From positions 115,496-176,893 of the forward strand of contig NW_008246088.1 in NCBI RefSeq assembly GCF_000281045.1: a DNA stretch of 61,398 nt, given 5' to 3'. The notes beneath the pieces were generated by a model, which saw nothing but the letters and a program-made list of their open reading frames with translations, was not told the DNA's origin and made no database searches. Source of the DNA: Saprolegnia diclina VS20 (taxonomy: Eukaryota). A program made the translations under genes and the position numbers. Positions 34,398-47,100 of the stretch are shown here, in pieces; position 1 is the stretch's first letter; every line of letters begins with the position of its first letter.

Positions 34398-37300
34398 ATG
34401 ATGTACAACGCGGCGTCGGTCCGGCGGTCGCTCTCGTCGACGAGCCTCAGTAGCCAGCGGTCGCTCTCGTCGGCGCCGTCGTTGCGGCTACCGTCGTTTA
34501 GCGACCTCAACCCGTTTGCCCATTTCGGAGCAACCCTCGCGCGCGCCAACTCGTCCAACGGCCCGCGCTGGCAGCCGGTGCCTGGCCTCGTGCACTCGAA
34601 GGAGACGCTGGCGCTGCGGCAGGCGGTGGGCGCGATTCTCAAGGACGTGCACGCGCACATTTCGACCGAGACGCTCGAAATTCGCGCCAATACGCCCGAG
34701 TACCGGCTCGAGAGCGACGACTGGATCGCGCACAAGAATGGCTTGAACGTCGCGCTGACGACGGTCAAGACGGTCGCGCGCCTTCCGTTGCACTTGCTCC
34801 AGCTCGACCCGGTGGTCGGTAGCGCCGAGTCGGCGGGTCCGGTCTTTGGCGGCTGGCTCAAGAAGCGCGGCGAGAACAACAAGGCCATGAAGAAACGCTA
34901 CATGGAGCTCGAGAACAAGGTGCTCAAATACTACAAGAAGAAGCCCGAGAAGAGCGGGCGGCGCATGAGCAACGACGAGAAGGCGAGCTTGCTGCGCGGC
35001 CAAATCGAGCTCGACGCGGTCTCGGCGATCCAGCCTACGATTGTAAAGGGTGCGACGCTGCAGTATGGCATCGACCTCGTGACGACGAACCGGACGTGGA
35101 CGATGCAAGCCGAGTCCGAAGCCGAGTACGACCTCTGGGTCAAGCACCTCTGCAACTCGGTGGCGTTTCACTGCGTCAACATCATCTACCGGCGCATGCT
35201 GCAGCTCGCCGAAGTGAGCGCGACAGGCCCGAACGAAGTGCGCATGATCACGCTGCCAACGTATACGGTGCAGGAGACGGTCGAGCACATATTCGACTGC
35301 TACAACAACATGCTGGATGCGACGCCATTGCATCCGTACGACCCAAAGGAGTACGTCCTCAAGTTTACGGGGTACCGCGACTACATGATCGACCCGTTCC
35401 GCGAAGTTAGCAACTACCAGCACGTGCGCGAGTGTCTCATCACAAAGAAGACACTCTGTCTCACGCTCGTGCACGAGTCCAAAATCCAAGAAGCGCTGCG
35501 GCGGAGCGTGCTTGGCGGCAACATTTACGACGAACCGACGTTTGCAACCTCGACGCGGTCGCTCGAGATCGCTATGACCACGCTCGGCAACGACTGGCAA
35601 GAGCACTCAACGCATCATCCTCCGACGACCGCACCGGTGGTGTCACCGCAGAGTTTGGGTTCGGCCAACAAGAGCTGTCACTATGACGAGCCCCTCCGCA
35701 TTTGTATTCAACGGGTGGTCAACATCCCGCGCTACACGACCCACCTCCGTCGCACGGCACACGAGATCGTGTCGGAGCGGCGCCCGCTGCTGTTTGCCAA
35801 CGTCGTCGCCAGTGTCGAGATCTTCAATGGCGGCCAGCTCCTCGAGACGCTCGGCGAGACGTCCGACACGACGCTCAAAGCCCAAGCCAACGACGCTCTC
35901 ATTGCCATGTGGATCGAGCCCAAGTGGTTTCGCAGTAGCTTGCGCCTTAGTGAACTACCAAAGTCGGCGCGGGTCGTCGTGACGCTCTTTGGCATCCGCG
36001 CGCCGGGTGCTGACGCCGGGTCGTACGACCGGATTCTCACGACCGGCGTCAACCTCTTTGATGTCGACGGCATCTTTGTCCAAGGCGACCAGTACGTTGG
36101 TATGCTCGAGAACCTCTACACGTGCAGCTCGGGGCCGGTGCCACACGTCGTCGACCTGGACCGCCCGGTTGTGCAGGTACGTGTTTGCTGACATTATGAT
36201 GGGACAAGAAAGTGTGGCGGCTCAGCATCGAGTACACTTGTAGATGACGTTTACGTCGTACAATGGTCCGATCAAGTTTGACTGGACCGAGCACGCGCTC
36301 GGTGACGTCTCGTCCCGGAGCGAAGCTGTTCTCAAGACGGGCTATCTCAAAAAGACAGGCAAGCACCATCAGCTCACCAAGTGGCAAATGCGCTTCTTTA
36401 CGCTCAGCCAAGCGACCAACTCGCTCTCGTATGCCGAGAACCCGTCGGCGCCCGCGAAGTTCACCATCAACCTCCTCGGCGCGCAGGTGCTCAATGCCGA
36501 CGAGCTCAACGAGCGCTACACGACGTTTGCGGTCTCGAAAGGCACGCGCAAGGAGCAGAGTACGTGGGTCTTCAAGCTCAAGGCCGCCGACAGTGCACGC
36601 GAGTTTGTCATGTCCGCCAACACGCGCCAAGAGCGCGAGGAGTGGGCGCTGGCGATCAAGCTCGTGGCCAACGGCGACACGGCCGAGGCCATGGACGACC
36701 TCCGTCGCATCATCCAACGCGACCCGCTCTTCCAGCTCAGCGACTTTCAGAAAGCTGTCTTGTGGCGCAACCGGCACCAGTTCATGACGTCGTTCGAGGC
36801 GCTACGGCACGTCTTGTCGTGCGTCAACTGGCTCTGCCCGGCGGACGTCAGCGAAATGCTCACGCTCCTGCCGCAGTGGGCGCAGGCGTCGCACCCAGCC
36901 TCGTACATCATCCTCCTCGACAAACCCTTTGCGCACGAGACGGTCCGGCAGTTTGCGGTCGACAAACTCGCGGAGATGGCCGACACGACGTTCAGCTACT
37001 TCTTGCCGCAGCTCGTGCAGGCGCTCAAGTACGAGAGCCACCACGTGTCGCCGCTCGCCAAGCATTTGATCGAGCGCGCGATCAAGAACCCCAACCAGAT
37101 CGGGTTTGACCTCTTCTGGAGCATGAAGGTCGAGTCGTACAACGACCAAGTCCGCGAGCGCTACGGTGTGCTCCTCAACACGTACTTGGACGTGTGCTCC
37201 AACAAGATGCGCTCGATTCTGCAGCTCCAGGACAAACTCTTCTCGGAGAAAGGCGCGTTCGAGCAGATTTGCCAAGAGGTCAAGGCCTTACACCACAGCG

Positions 37301-38399
37301 GGAAGACCAAGGACGAGATCAAGGTCACCATGCAGCAGCGTCTCGAGGAGCTCAATGGCACCCTTCCCGCAACGTACCAGCTGCCGCTCGACTCGCGCGT
37401 CGAGGTTGGCAAGATCGTCGTCAAGAAGTGCAAAATCATGTCGTCGGCCAAACTGCCACTCTGGCTCGAGTTTGAAAACGCCGAAGAAGGCGGCGACCCG
37501 GTCATTATCATCTTCAAGGCCGGCGACGACGTGCGCCAGGACTGCCTCACGCTGCAGCTCATTCGTCTCATGGACGAAATGTGGCGTGAAGACGGCAAAG
37601 ACCTCGCCATGGAGCCGTACAAGTGCGTCTCGACCGGCCCCATGACGGGCATGTTGCAGGTCGTCCTGCACTCCGTGACGACCGCAGCCGTTCACAAGCG
37701 GGGTGGCGCGATGGGCGGCATCTTTGGTGCGTTCAACGACGTGAGCTTTCTGGACTGGATCCAAGCCAACAACGGCGACGCCCGCAGCTACCGGGTCGCG
37801 GTCGACCTCTTCATGCGGTCGTGTGCGGGCTACTGCGTGGCGACGTACGTCCTCGGCATTGGCGACCGGCACAATGACAACATTATGGTATCTCATTTGC
37901 ACCAGCAGATGTTTTGACTTGTCGACGGATAGATCACCAAACAAGGCCGGTATTTCCACATTGATTTCGGTCATTTCCTCGGCTTTATGAAGTACCAGGT
38001 AGAGAACACTTTGCTTCGATGAGCATCATCTCATGCGTCTACTCTGTCTAGTACGGCATCAAGCGCGAGAAGACGCCGTTTGTGTTTACGCCCGAGATGG
38101 CGCACGTCTTTGGCGGCGTCGGGACGCCAGACTTTGTCAAATTTCAAAAAACGTGCGGCGACGCGTTCAACGTTGTGCGAAGGCACTTGCATTTGCTCGT
38201 CTCGCTCTTTGTGCTCATGATCCCAGCCGAGATGCCGGAGTTGCGCCACCGCGACGACGTCAACTACCTCGTCGACGTCTCGACGCCTGAGAAGACGGAC
38301 GAAGAGGCCGCCGCGGCCTTTGACGATCTCGTCATCCAGTGCATGAACAACACGTTCAAGCGCATCGACAACACACTGCACATTCTCAAGCACCGGTAG
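34398..38399 (+). CDS. PI3K copy D, about 1278 aa, 3 introns
   Basis: Introns 36177-36243, 37888-37932 and 37999-38051 give a continuous frame. All kinase motifs intact. Confidence 0.93.
37954..38117 (+). repeat. 164-bp tract near-identical to 51462-51625 (inverted), including a 53-nt intron
   Basis: Direct comparison shows one mismatch (a/g within the intron). Confidence 0.9.
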
Positions 38400-39048
38400 T
38401 GCTTCGATATACCTTTGTTGAAACCTGTTTATGACACTCTCTCCACAATCTTTTCACCACTTGGTAACTTGCATGCCGCTGCGATCCCGTTGTTCGACCA
38501 ACCCCAACCCTCGATGACGTTCACGTCCTGAGCGAGCGGCAAGGCGACAAGATGACGAACGAAGAGGTCGAGCGTGTGCCCCGGGGTGACGTCAGCTATC
38601 GTATCGCATCGTGACCGTCGCGTACGACAATCCGCTCGTCGAGGTCGTGGTGCTTGCCCCGGGGTACCTCACGGTGGACGTCGTTGTCAATGGTCAAAAG
38701 CACAAAGCGCTTTTGTTTGCACTGCATGTCGTTTTGCTTCGGCAAGGCGGCGCCCAGCTCTGTTGCGCCTCAAGAGAGCTGGGCGCTCACGAATGGCAAG
38801 CGCCGAAGTCGAGTGCCAAAGAGGCGGCCAAGCAGCGCATGCTCGACGGCCGAGGCGCACGCTTCTATAGCGCGTTGGTGTTGACATATAACGTACACAA
38901 TAATGAGCACTACGCAAGTGACAATACGTGTAGAGAGCCGAAGCCGTGTCGCTTGTTTCGAAGACGTCGCCCTACTGCCTTCCTTAAAGTACTAGTGCGT
39001 AAAATCTCGCCACGTTCGGCAGAGTCAGTGGTCAGTGAGCAACGTTCG

Positions 39049-39660
39049 ATGAAGTCGACGACGCCCGACCTCGGCCCGCGCGTCCACAGCCTCGGCGCGA
39101 CCTTGGTTTTGACGTGCACGAAGGGCAACGTCGCGGGCTCGGACGCCTTCATGAGCTACCGCCTCGTCGTCGTCGACCCGCGCACCAAGGTGTGGTGGAT
39201 CTTGAACCGTCGCTACTCGCACTTCTTCGCCTTGCGTCAGCGACTCAAGGAGATTGCGACCACAGGCCACGCGGCGCTAAAGAGCGTTGTTGCCGCCGCG
39301 TTCCCGCGCCGCCGCTTTGTGTTTGCCGTCGACAACAAGAGTGTTGTGGACGAGCGGCTCCGGGGCCTCCCAGCCTTCACAGCCGAGCTCGCGCGCTGGC
39401 TGCCAGCCGCCGAGTCGAGCGGCGCATACGGTCCTAGCTACCTCGTCGCGACGTTTCTTCAGCTGCCATACCGGTGGAGCGCTGCACCGGCCAAAGTACC
39501 GCACGAATGTGCCATCTGCTTGGACCCACTGGGAGCGGATGCGAGCCTCTCGACTGCGTGCGGCCACACGTTTCACGAGACGTGCCTTGTGCGATGGTTC
39601 AAGAACGAGACGACTTGTCCTTTGTGCCGCTCGATTGCATTGCACGGCTCAGTGCTCTAA
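39049..39660 (+). CDS. PX domain plus RING-H2 E3 ligase
   Basis: PX: RRYSHFFALRQRL, FPRRR, ERLRGL..F. RING-H2: CAIC...CGHTFHETC..W...CPLCR. Start uncertain (frame open back to 38611). Confidence 0.85.
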   Translation: MKSTTPDLGPRVHSLGATLVLTCTKGNVAGSDAFMSYRLVVVDPRTKVWWILNRRYSHFFALRQRLKEIATTGHAALKSVVAAAFPRRRFVFAVDNKSVVDERLRGLPAFTAELARWLPAAESSGAYGPSYLVATFLQLPYRWSAAPAKVPHECAICLDPLGADASLSTACGHTFHETCLVRWFKNETTCPLCRSIALHGSVL

Positions 39661-40053
39661 GCAGACTGTGTGACCACGCGATGGCAGGCCACCTAACCTA
39701 TGGAGTTGAATTCATATATATGAAAAAACGTCTAATGAGCTAGTACTGCCGAAAGGAAGGGAATTGTCGGCGCTCGATGAGATTGTCTTCGTCCGCTGGC
39801 CAGATCCTTTGTCGAGGAGCAGACTGCCGACGCGTCTGGTGTCGTTGCTCGAAGGGCGTGTCGAGAGTGATGGTCGTACTGATGACGTGGCGCCACGACA
39901 CGTCTACTTTTGTTGGATTGGCTGAATTTATCAACAGCTGGCGAATACTGGCGGGTTACCCGACGTGATTTAAGCCAATCGGAGCGCGCCAGCACAGTCC
40001 GCACTGGCACCACGGCCAGTTGCAACAACAAGCTCACTCCTCAATCTCCTCTC

Positions 40054-41073
40054 ATGGCCGCAGCACGCATCTCGAGCATCTTTGGCGTCGCCAACAGCGC
40101 CATGAGCGCGCTCCACGCCAAGGTCTTGGGCAACGACGCCAAGGACCTGAGTGCCCGGCCGCCAACGCCCGTCGCCTCGCGGTCCGCCACACCGACCGCC
40201 ACATCGGCCTACTACATGTCGTCGGGCTTGACGACCGACCTCATGGCTCACATTGTGCAGTACTTGGACGGCGTCGGTGTCGGGCGGCTGCAGCAGACGT
40301 GTCATTCCTGGCACGCGGAACTCGACCGGCACGACGCGCCCGTCTGGCGTCACTTGCTCGCAACGGAATTTCGCCTCGTGCACCCGCCATCGACCATGCC
40401 ATCCGTGCTCTCGTACATTGCTGCGCGCCAAGATCGTATCGACATGGAGCTCCGACACACGCAAAGCATCGCTGCGCAGAGCTCTGCACTCGAAGCGTAC
40501 ATGGCCGCCGAGGCCGACCACGGTATTGTCGATGTCTTCTGCGACATGTGCTACTTCGAGGACCCGCGTATTGGCATTATGATCGCCAAGCAGCGCTTTG
40601 GGGCGATGGCCATGGTCGTCGTCGAGACGGCCGACCACGTCCGGCGCTTCCGCAAGCGATCCGCGCACGTGGGTCCGATCAACTTTGTGCCACTTCAAAA
40701 TCCGCACTGGCCGAGCATCGAGCTGCCAGCTATTGACGGTGTCGATGGCTTCCTCGGGTATGCGTTCGATCTCGTACAGATGGCCCCGGGGCACAACGCC
40801 GCGCTCAAGGACACGGTCGGCCGCGCGATTTTGAAAAACATTGCGGTCTTTGCGACGCGGGCGCACGCCACGTCATTCCAGAATGCGATGCCGGATCATG
40901 TGCCAACAGTCGCGCTCGACGACCCCGGGGCACCGTTCGAGCTCTCCTTTACGTCGCCCCTGCGCGAGCACTTTGCACATTACACGACGTGCGACAAGAT
41001 CGATCGGCTACAGCGCCTCCAAGCCGCCTGCGAAACATCCCACGCCGCCGTCTACGCGCGTCGGTACCCGTAA
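40054..41073 (+). CDS. F-box protein with a C-terminal SMC hinge-like domain, intronless
   Basis: F-box: LTTDLMAHIVQYLD...RLQQTCHSW...VWRHL. Hinge-like: GIVDVFCDMCYFED, MVVVET, GPINFVPL, GFLGYAFDLV, ILKNIAVFATRAHA. Confidence 0.72.
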   Translation: MAAARISSIFGVANSAMSALHAKVLGNDAKDLSARPPTPVASRSATPTATSAYYMSSGLTTDLMAHIVQYLDGVGVGRLQQTCHSWHAELDRHDAPVWRHLLATEFRLVHPPSTMPSVLSYIAARQDRIDMELRHTQSIAAQSSALEAYMAAEADHGIVDVFCDMCYFEDPRIGIMIAKQRFGAMAMVVVETADHVRRFRKRSAHVGPINFVPLQNPHWPSIELPAIDGVDGFLGYAFDLVQMAPGHNAALKDTVGRAILKNIAVFATRAHATSFQNAMPDHVPTVALDDPGAPFELSFTSPLREHFAHYTTCDKIDRLQRLQAACETSHAAVYARRYP

Positions 41074-41120
41074 ACTACCTCTTCTATTGACAATAACTAT
41101 GCTAAACTATCGCACAAGAT

Positions 41121-44100
41121 TTATAAAGTCAAGTTCTCGGCGCGGCCGGCAACGACAGAAATGTGCCAATGGTGCAGCGTGCGGCGCAGCAAGATGTCAC
41201 GCCAAAGCGCTTGGGCGGAGTGGACCTGCTTGGCGCGGACGCGCTGGTGCTCGACATGCCGCAGCCAGTGCTGCCACGCCGCTTGCGTCACGGAAGTGTG
41301 TTTCATAGCGCGATGCTGGTCCAGGACCCGATGTCGGCGACTCACCCGCGCCCACGCGCACCACACAAGGTTGAGATGCCGCTGTTGTCGCTGCGTTAGC
41401 CACGTGTGGACCATGGCCTTCTGTCGCTGGCGCTGCGCCTTGGTGCGAACAATGGCGTGCGACCAGCCACGGAAATGCTGGCGCCGGAGCTGAGCCGCAT
41501 ACAACGCCGTCGCCGCGGCTTCCATTGCCCTAGAACCCCACCAAAGGCGTGAGCTCCCAAGTCGTGTCTAGAAAAACACAAACGTCGTCTCGGCCGCTTG
41601 CGTCTCGATGCCCAAGAGCCATGCGTCGAGGCCGCTACACAGCGTTTATGAGTCGACGAATGCAGAATGTTCAAAGCGCCCACGTCTGGAGCCGGCGGAA
41701 GCGAGCAAACGCACGGGCTTGCGCTGTCGCGAGTCGCTTCCACTGGTAGTCTCGCCATTTTGCCCAGGCGTCTTTGAGGCGTCGGCGCGAGGCCACCGCG
41801 TGATGGTACCGGACCGACTGCTCGTGGATGCAAAACGTGCGCCAGAAGGTCATCGATGCTCGCATCAAGGTCTGTTGGTACCACCAGCTCGCACGGTTGT
41901 CGAGCGCGACGCTGCGCCACCGGCGCCAGAGGTGCCGCAAGTGACACCGTGTCGCCCGACGGTACTGCACCGCGTCCGCCTTGCGAGCTGTCCAGGCCCT
42001 TAATGCTTGGCGGCAGCGCAACTGCGCCATGTAGTCGCAAGCGCTTCTCTCGATCGCCGCGCGTTGGGTGTGCAGCCGCCAATGACGAACGTACGCGCTC
42101 CGCCACGTCTGCGACGTCACGCGAATGGTAAACGTCCGCACGCATTTCAGCCAGTTTGCCTTGTGGCGCCACTGGCCAAAGCGCTTGCTCAGGAGACGCA
42201 ATCGAGCATAAAGGCGGCTCTTGGTCGCGAGCTGGATGATGTGGATGTTGTACTGCCACCGGCGCACAGCCTCGTGCCACACTTTCTGCTCGCGCACCAG
42301 CGAGAAGCGTCGGAGTCGTTTCTGGCGCGAAGCCGCGGTCGCCCAGCGAGGCCAGACCTTGTGCAGCGTCTGGTCGCGGCGCCAGCGGTCCACAACAGAG
42401 AGGACAACTCGCATATGGGCGCGGGCGATGAGTCGTTGGTGCCATACTTGGACTGCGCGCTGCGTTCGCCATGACGCCATGTGGCGTAGCATCTCGCGCA
42501 CGCGTCGCGCCATCGTACTTCGGTGACGCCATGCTGCAAGCACCACAGCGATTATCCGCACGTTGCGCTGGCGCTGTCGACAGTGAAAGAAAGACCGTGC
42601 TGCCAGCACGGCGTTGCGCCAGAGCGTAAAGGCGGCTTGGCGATGCTGCCGGCCGCGCTGCCGCAAGTGCATTGTCAGCACGTGGTCTCGCTGCCGCTTG
42701 GCGACAAGCGCACGGCGGAGCAGGACAACGTGGTGCGCATGGAGGTGCCACGCTTGCAGAGCGCGCGCCTGCAGCGACCTTGCCGCCCGTCGCGCTATCG
42801 CAATGGAGTGCGTCTGCAATCGCTTGTGGTCGACCGCGTAGACGCGCCATCCGGTCCACACGACGCCATAGGTCGCGTGCCGATGCCAGTGACGCACTCG
42901 AAAGAGACACTGCCACGCGTCCCACGTCGCGGGCAGATCGAGCGCGAGTTGGCCCAAGACTAGACGGGACTGAGTTCGAACCGTCGCCGCCGCGTGGTGG
43001 ACGTGAATATGGTGGCGCCAGCCGTCGAGAACGCGCGAGAGCAAGCGTTCACAGTAGGCAAGGCGGGCGCCGTAGCTAAGGGACCGGAGCGTCGTCCAAC
43101 GCCGCCATGCCTGGAAGCTGCGGCTGCAGCACGCGCGATCTCGCTGGTGCACGATGGTCACGCGGCAGGACCGCAGTGTTCTACAGATGACGTCGTCGCG
43201 TACAATACCAGCTAGTCGTGTACCTGGCTCTTGTGGAGTACGTCTGCCAGTGCTCAAAGCACGCGCGCATGATGCGCCCTTCCTTGGCCGAGCGAAAGCT
43301 TTCGGTCTACACGTACCGATCAGAGGCGATTGATGGCAGCTGCATGCTATACCTTGCGCAGTACAAGACAGCGGCGCCACTGAGCAAACACCGCCGACGT
43401 GGCTCTTCGCGCAAAGTGTGTTGCTGCGCGGCGTCGCAGGCGCTGTCGCGTCGTCCACTGCCACCAGTCGAGGAAGAGGACACCTTGCAGCATTCTATTG
43501 CGGTGGCAAATGGCCACAAGCTGCTTCTCGGCTTTCGCTTGACGCGTCGCGGTGAAGCGCACCCACGCCGCCACGACCTGCGCAACGACGCGCGTCATCA
43601 AGAGTTGGCCCATGCGAATGCACTGCTGCTGGAGGCGGCGCGTGTCCCGCACGTGCGACGCCCACGCACTGAGAACGCGACCGGACAGTACGCATTGCCA
43701 GTGCGCCGTTGCTGTCGCTAGAGATGCTGTGACTAGTACCGCCGACTCGCTCGCGTTCTACCTGCATGCGACGCGTGTAGGCGGCTCGCTTGCGCCACCA
43801 CGCCCCAGCGAGAAAGCGCATGCTTCTGCCGCACGTGCTCGCAGCAAGACGCAGCGAGCTTTGCCGTCGCTGCTCGTGTTTTCTTGGTGGAATAATACGT
43901 CTGCCACGCCGCCCAGACAGACGGCACCTGGATAAGATGAGATACCACAAAGTGCAAACTCGGGCGATGTACGTGGCGTCGTCGAAGCGTGGCAGCGTAC
44001 ACGGCGACTGCGTCTTGCCACCAACTTTCTCGACGGCGACACTGGCGCGCCCACGCATGAAGCAGTTTGCGCCGGAGCTGCGTCTCGTACAGTATGCGGG

Positions 44101-47100
44101 CGGCGTGCAAATGCTGACGTCCGTTGGCCGCGCATCGCGTCGTCTGGTGCCAAAAAGCCAGTGTCCGCTGTATGGCAAACGCGTCTGCTATCGCAGTCGT
44201 TGTCCGGCGCGCCCGTCGAAGATCGGTGCCCGCCGCCCAGAGATGAAACACGCGACGCATGCGATACCATGCAAAGTAGGTGGCCACCTTATACGCGCGG
44301 CACCAGCGCTGCCAGTAAGCTTTGCAGAGACTGTGCGGTCGCAGCACGACCGTCCGCGCGCTACCCAGCGTTAAACCTACCATTCTCGCGACGCAGAAGC
44401 CACGTACCGGCATCGGCGGTGAGCCCACGCCGCCCAAAGCGTTAGCACGCGTGTCGCCAGCATCGATTGGCGCGATGTCACCAGATCGTCTGCAAGGTGG
44501 CACCGGTGCCGCTTGGCCGCACTGTAGGCGTGCCACGCAACAAAGACGTGGTCGAGCGCGCAGAGTCGGTGCTCGATCCCCGCGCGCCGCACGGCTTTCT
44601 GAAGTCGCGCCTGTCGGTGCCAGAGGTGCAGTACCCGCCACGTAGTCCGAGTCGTCCTCGCCGCGAGCTGGCATAGAATGAGTCAGCAATTTGTATAGGG
44701 ATCCTAACGCACCATCGCAGCCACGTGTGGACGTCGCCGGCGCTGGTGCTGCGCAAGTCGGTGCCAGTGCTGCACGCACGACGACGTCTGCGTCGCGAGT
44801 GCAAACGTGAGCGCATGTTTGGCGCGTAGTTTTCGGTCGGTGAATTCGCGCCATTTGCAAAAGTTGAGCCAGAGCCGACGCTCGACGCTTCGCACCAGGA
44901 ATCGCCGGGCGGTCGACTCGGCTCTCTGGCGTTGCTTGGCCAGCAACACGCTGGCTTCGAACCCGTCTACGCCACACAAGACAGTGCCCTTGGATTGCCA
45001 TCCCACACATGGTCGTGGACGTACCTAGACCGCGCCGGAGCTGGCTACTTTGATGGTGTGTTGCCGCAAGTTGCCGACGGTGGGCGCGTTCGCTGGTGCA
45101 TGCGTGCCATGCTCGCAAAAGACGGCGTAGGCGCCGCTTTCGTTCGCGGGCGAGATACGACTAGGACCATTCTACACCTGTTCAATCGAAAACAAGTACC
45201 GTGAGGAGTCGTCGGTGACGCAAGGAGGTATGCGCAAATGCCAGCCACGCTCTAAACCCCGCGACACGTATCAACTTGGCACCGTAGAAGTCATTTTGTA
45301 CCGAAAGCATGAGAGCTGCTGCAGCATCTGAAGGCGCAGCGTCGTGGCCAGCAGCGCCAGACGCGCGCTCGCGAGTACGTGGCCAATCGTTTGCCACTTG
45401 CGGAAGATCGACTTGAGCAGCGTGGCATGATACAAGGCGAGCGCCATGCCAGCTTCGTGCCGCTTGGCGACACGGTATGCGCTGTAGGCCGCCCAGTGCT
45501 GCCACACACGAGCAGCACACCGCGTAGTTTGCATGCAGACGGCGTGCGTGATGGCTTGCTTGCACCAGAGTTGGTGCTGGGTGGCGACTTGCCATCCACG
45601 CAAAACGCGTAACTGCAATCGGTTGTCATACGTGGCATCGCCAGCAGCAAGCAAGGCCGCGTACTCGCTTTGGCAAAGGGCAAAGTCGCTCCATTGGCCA
45701 ATCGCACGGCGCTAGAGGGTCTCTAGCGGCGCTGTCGGAAGAGACGCGGTACCTGTTGTCGCGTGGCCCAGCGCCGGAAGATCGCGTGTCGCTGTCGTCG
45801 CAGGTTGATCCACTACCCAAGAGTAAGTTCCTGACGCGGTGCACGGGAAATAAGCCACCTGTTGCCAGTGGGCATAGCAAGCCCCGAGCAAACCCGCATG
45901 CCAATGGTGGAGCGCTGTGAGGTACTTGCGTCGGTGGTGCGAGCGCTTCCGAGAGTAGACCGCCCACGCCTACGCGATAGGTGGGTTTACATTGGGTGAT
46001 AAGAGCGCGCCGAACTCTGTAGGCTTGGCCCAGCGACACTGTCTGCCATCGCTCTATGTATGTACAGGTGTCATACCTCGATGCCAGGAGCCTAGACTAC
46101 CTTCGACGAGCCGCATGAACGAATGACACTTGTGGCGAAGAACAACGTACTGGTCCCAAGCACCAAACACTACCATATCTGGTCAGTCGTGCCAGAATCC
46201 AGAGTCGAGTCAAGTACCGAGGTGAAGCAGTGACCGCGCCTGGTCGCGACGGAAGATACGCAGTCGAGGACCCAAGATGGTATGGCGCCGCCACGTGCAA
46301 AACCTACGTCCTTATGCGTAAAGGAATCGAACTGGCGACGGAGTCAAACATGCGCGTGAGCGTCGTCGATCTGGTTTGCTGCCAAAGCAGGTTGAACTTT
46401 GCGTACCGACACCGCTTCTCTGCGGCTACTTGGCGCCACAACTGCAAGCAGCCGCGCTTGACAGTCACGTCGCGCTTTGTCCGTCGACGCAGCACCTCGT
46501 CAAGCACATGCTACAGTGTCTCTACTTGAGTTCTCTGGTCGCCGCTAGAGCGTAGAGCGTACATGACGGCGTTGTAGGACGCGTCTCCAGTTAGCCATGC
46601 ATCGATGTAGGAGTGTCTGTGTGTACACGCAGGCTGCGCGGACGCAGACTGCGCGGCGCTGGGTTCGAGACGAGTAGAAGCTGCGCCATTGCCGAAAGCA
46701 GCTGGACTGGAGCTGTAGTCGCCAGTGACAGAGTGCCGCAGCGATGTGCTCCTTGCGTCGCTTCCACCGGGTGACCGCAACGCACCACGTCGCGAATGCC
46801 GCCGCAGCTGCACTCGACCGGTACCAATGTAGCGCCTGGCGAACTTGGAGCACCTGTTGACGCTGTTCGTGGGCGACGGAATGCCACTAAAAGGCATTGG
46901 GATAACTCAGCAGCCATCGATGGAGCGTACCTGATGCAAGACCCGCTGCTGACGAAATATCGACATCGCGGTCGCCACCTCTGTTTGCGCAAGACGTCTG
47001 CTACTCTTGGTGCGTGCATACTGCCGCCACTGCAGCAGCACCTTGCGACTGGTGGACGTTAACGCGGCCGCAAGATTGGCTTCGGTGAGAACTCGAAGGC

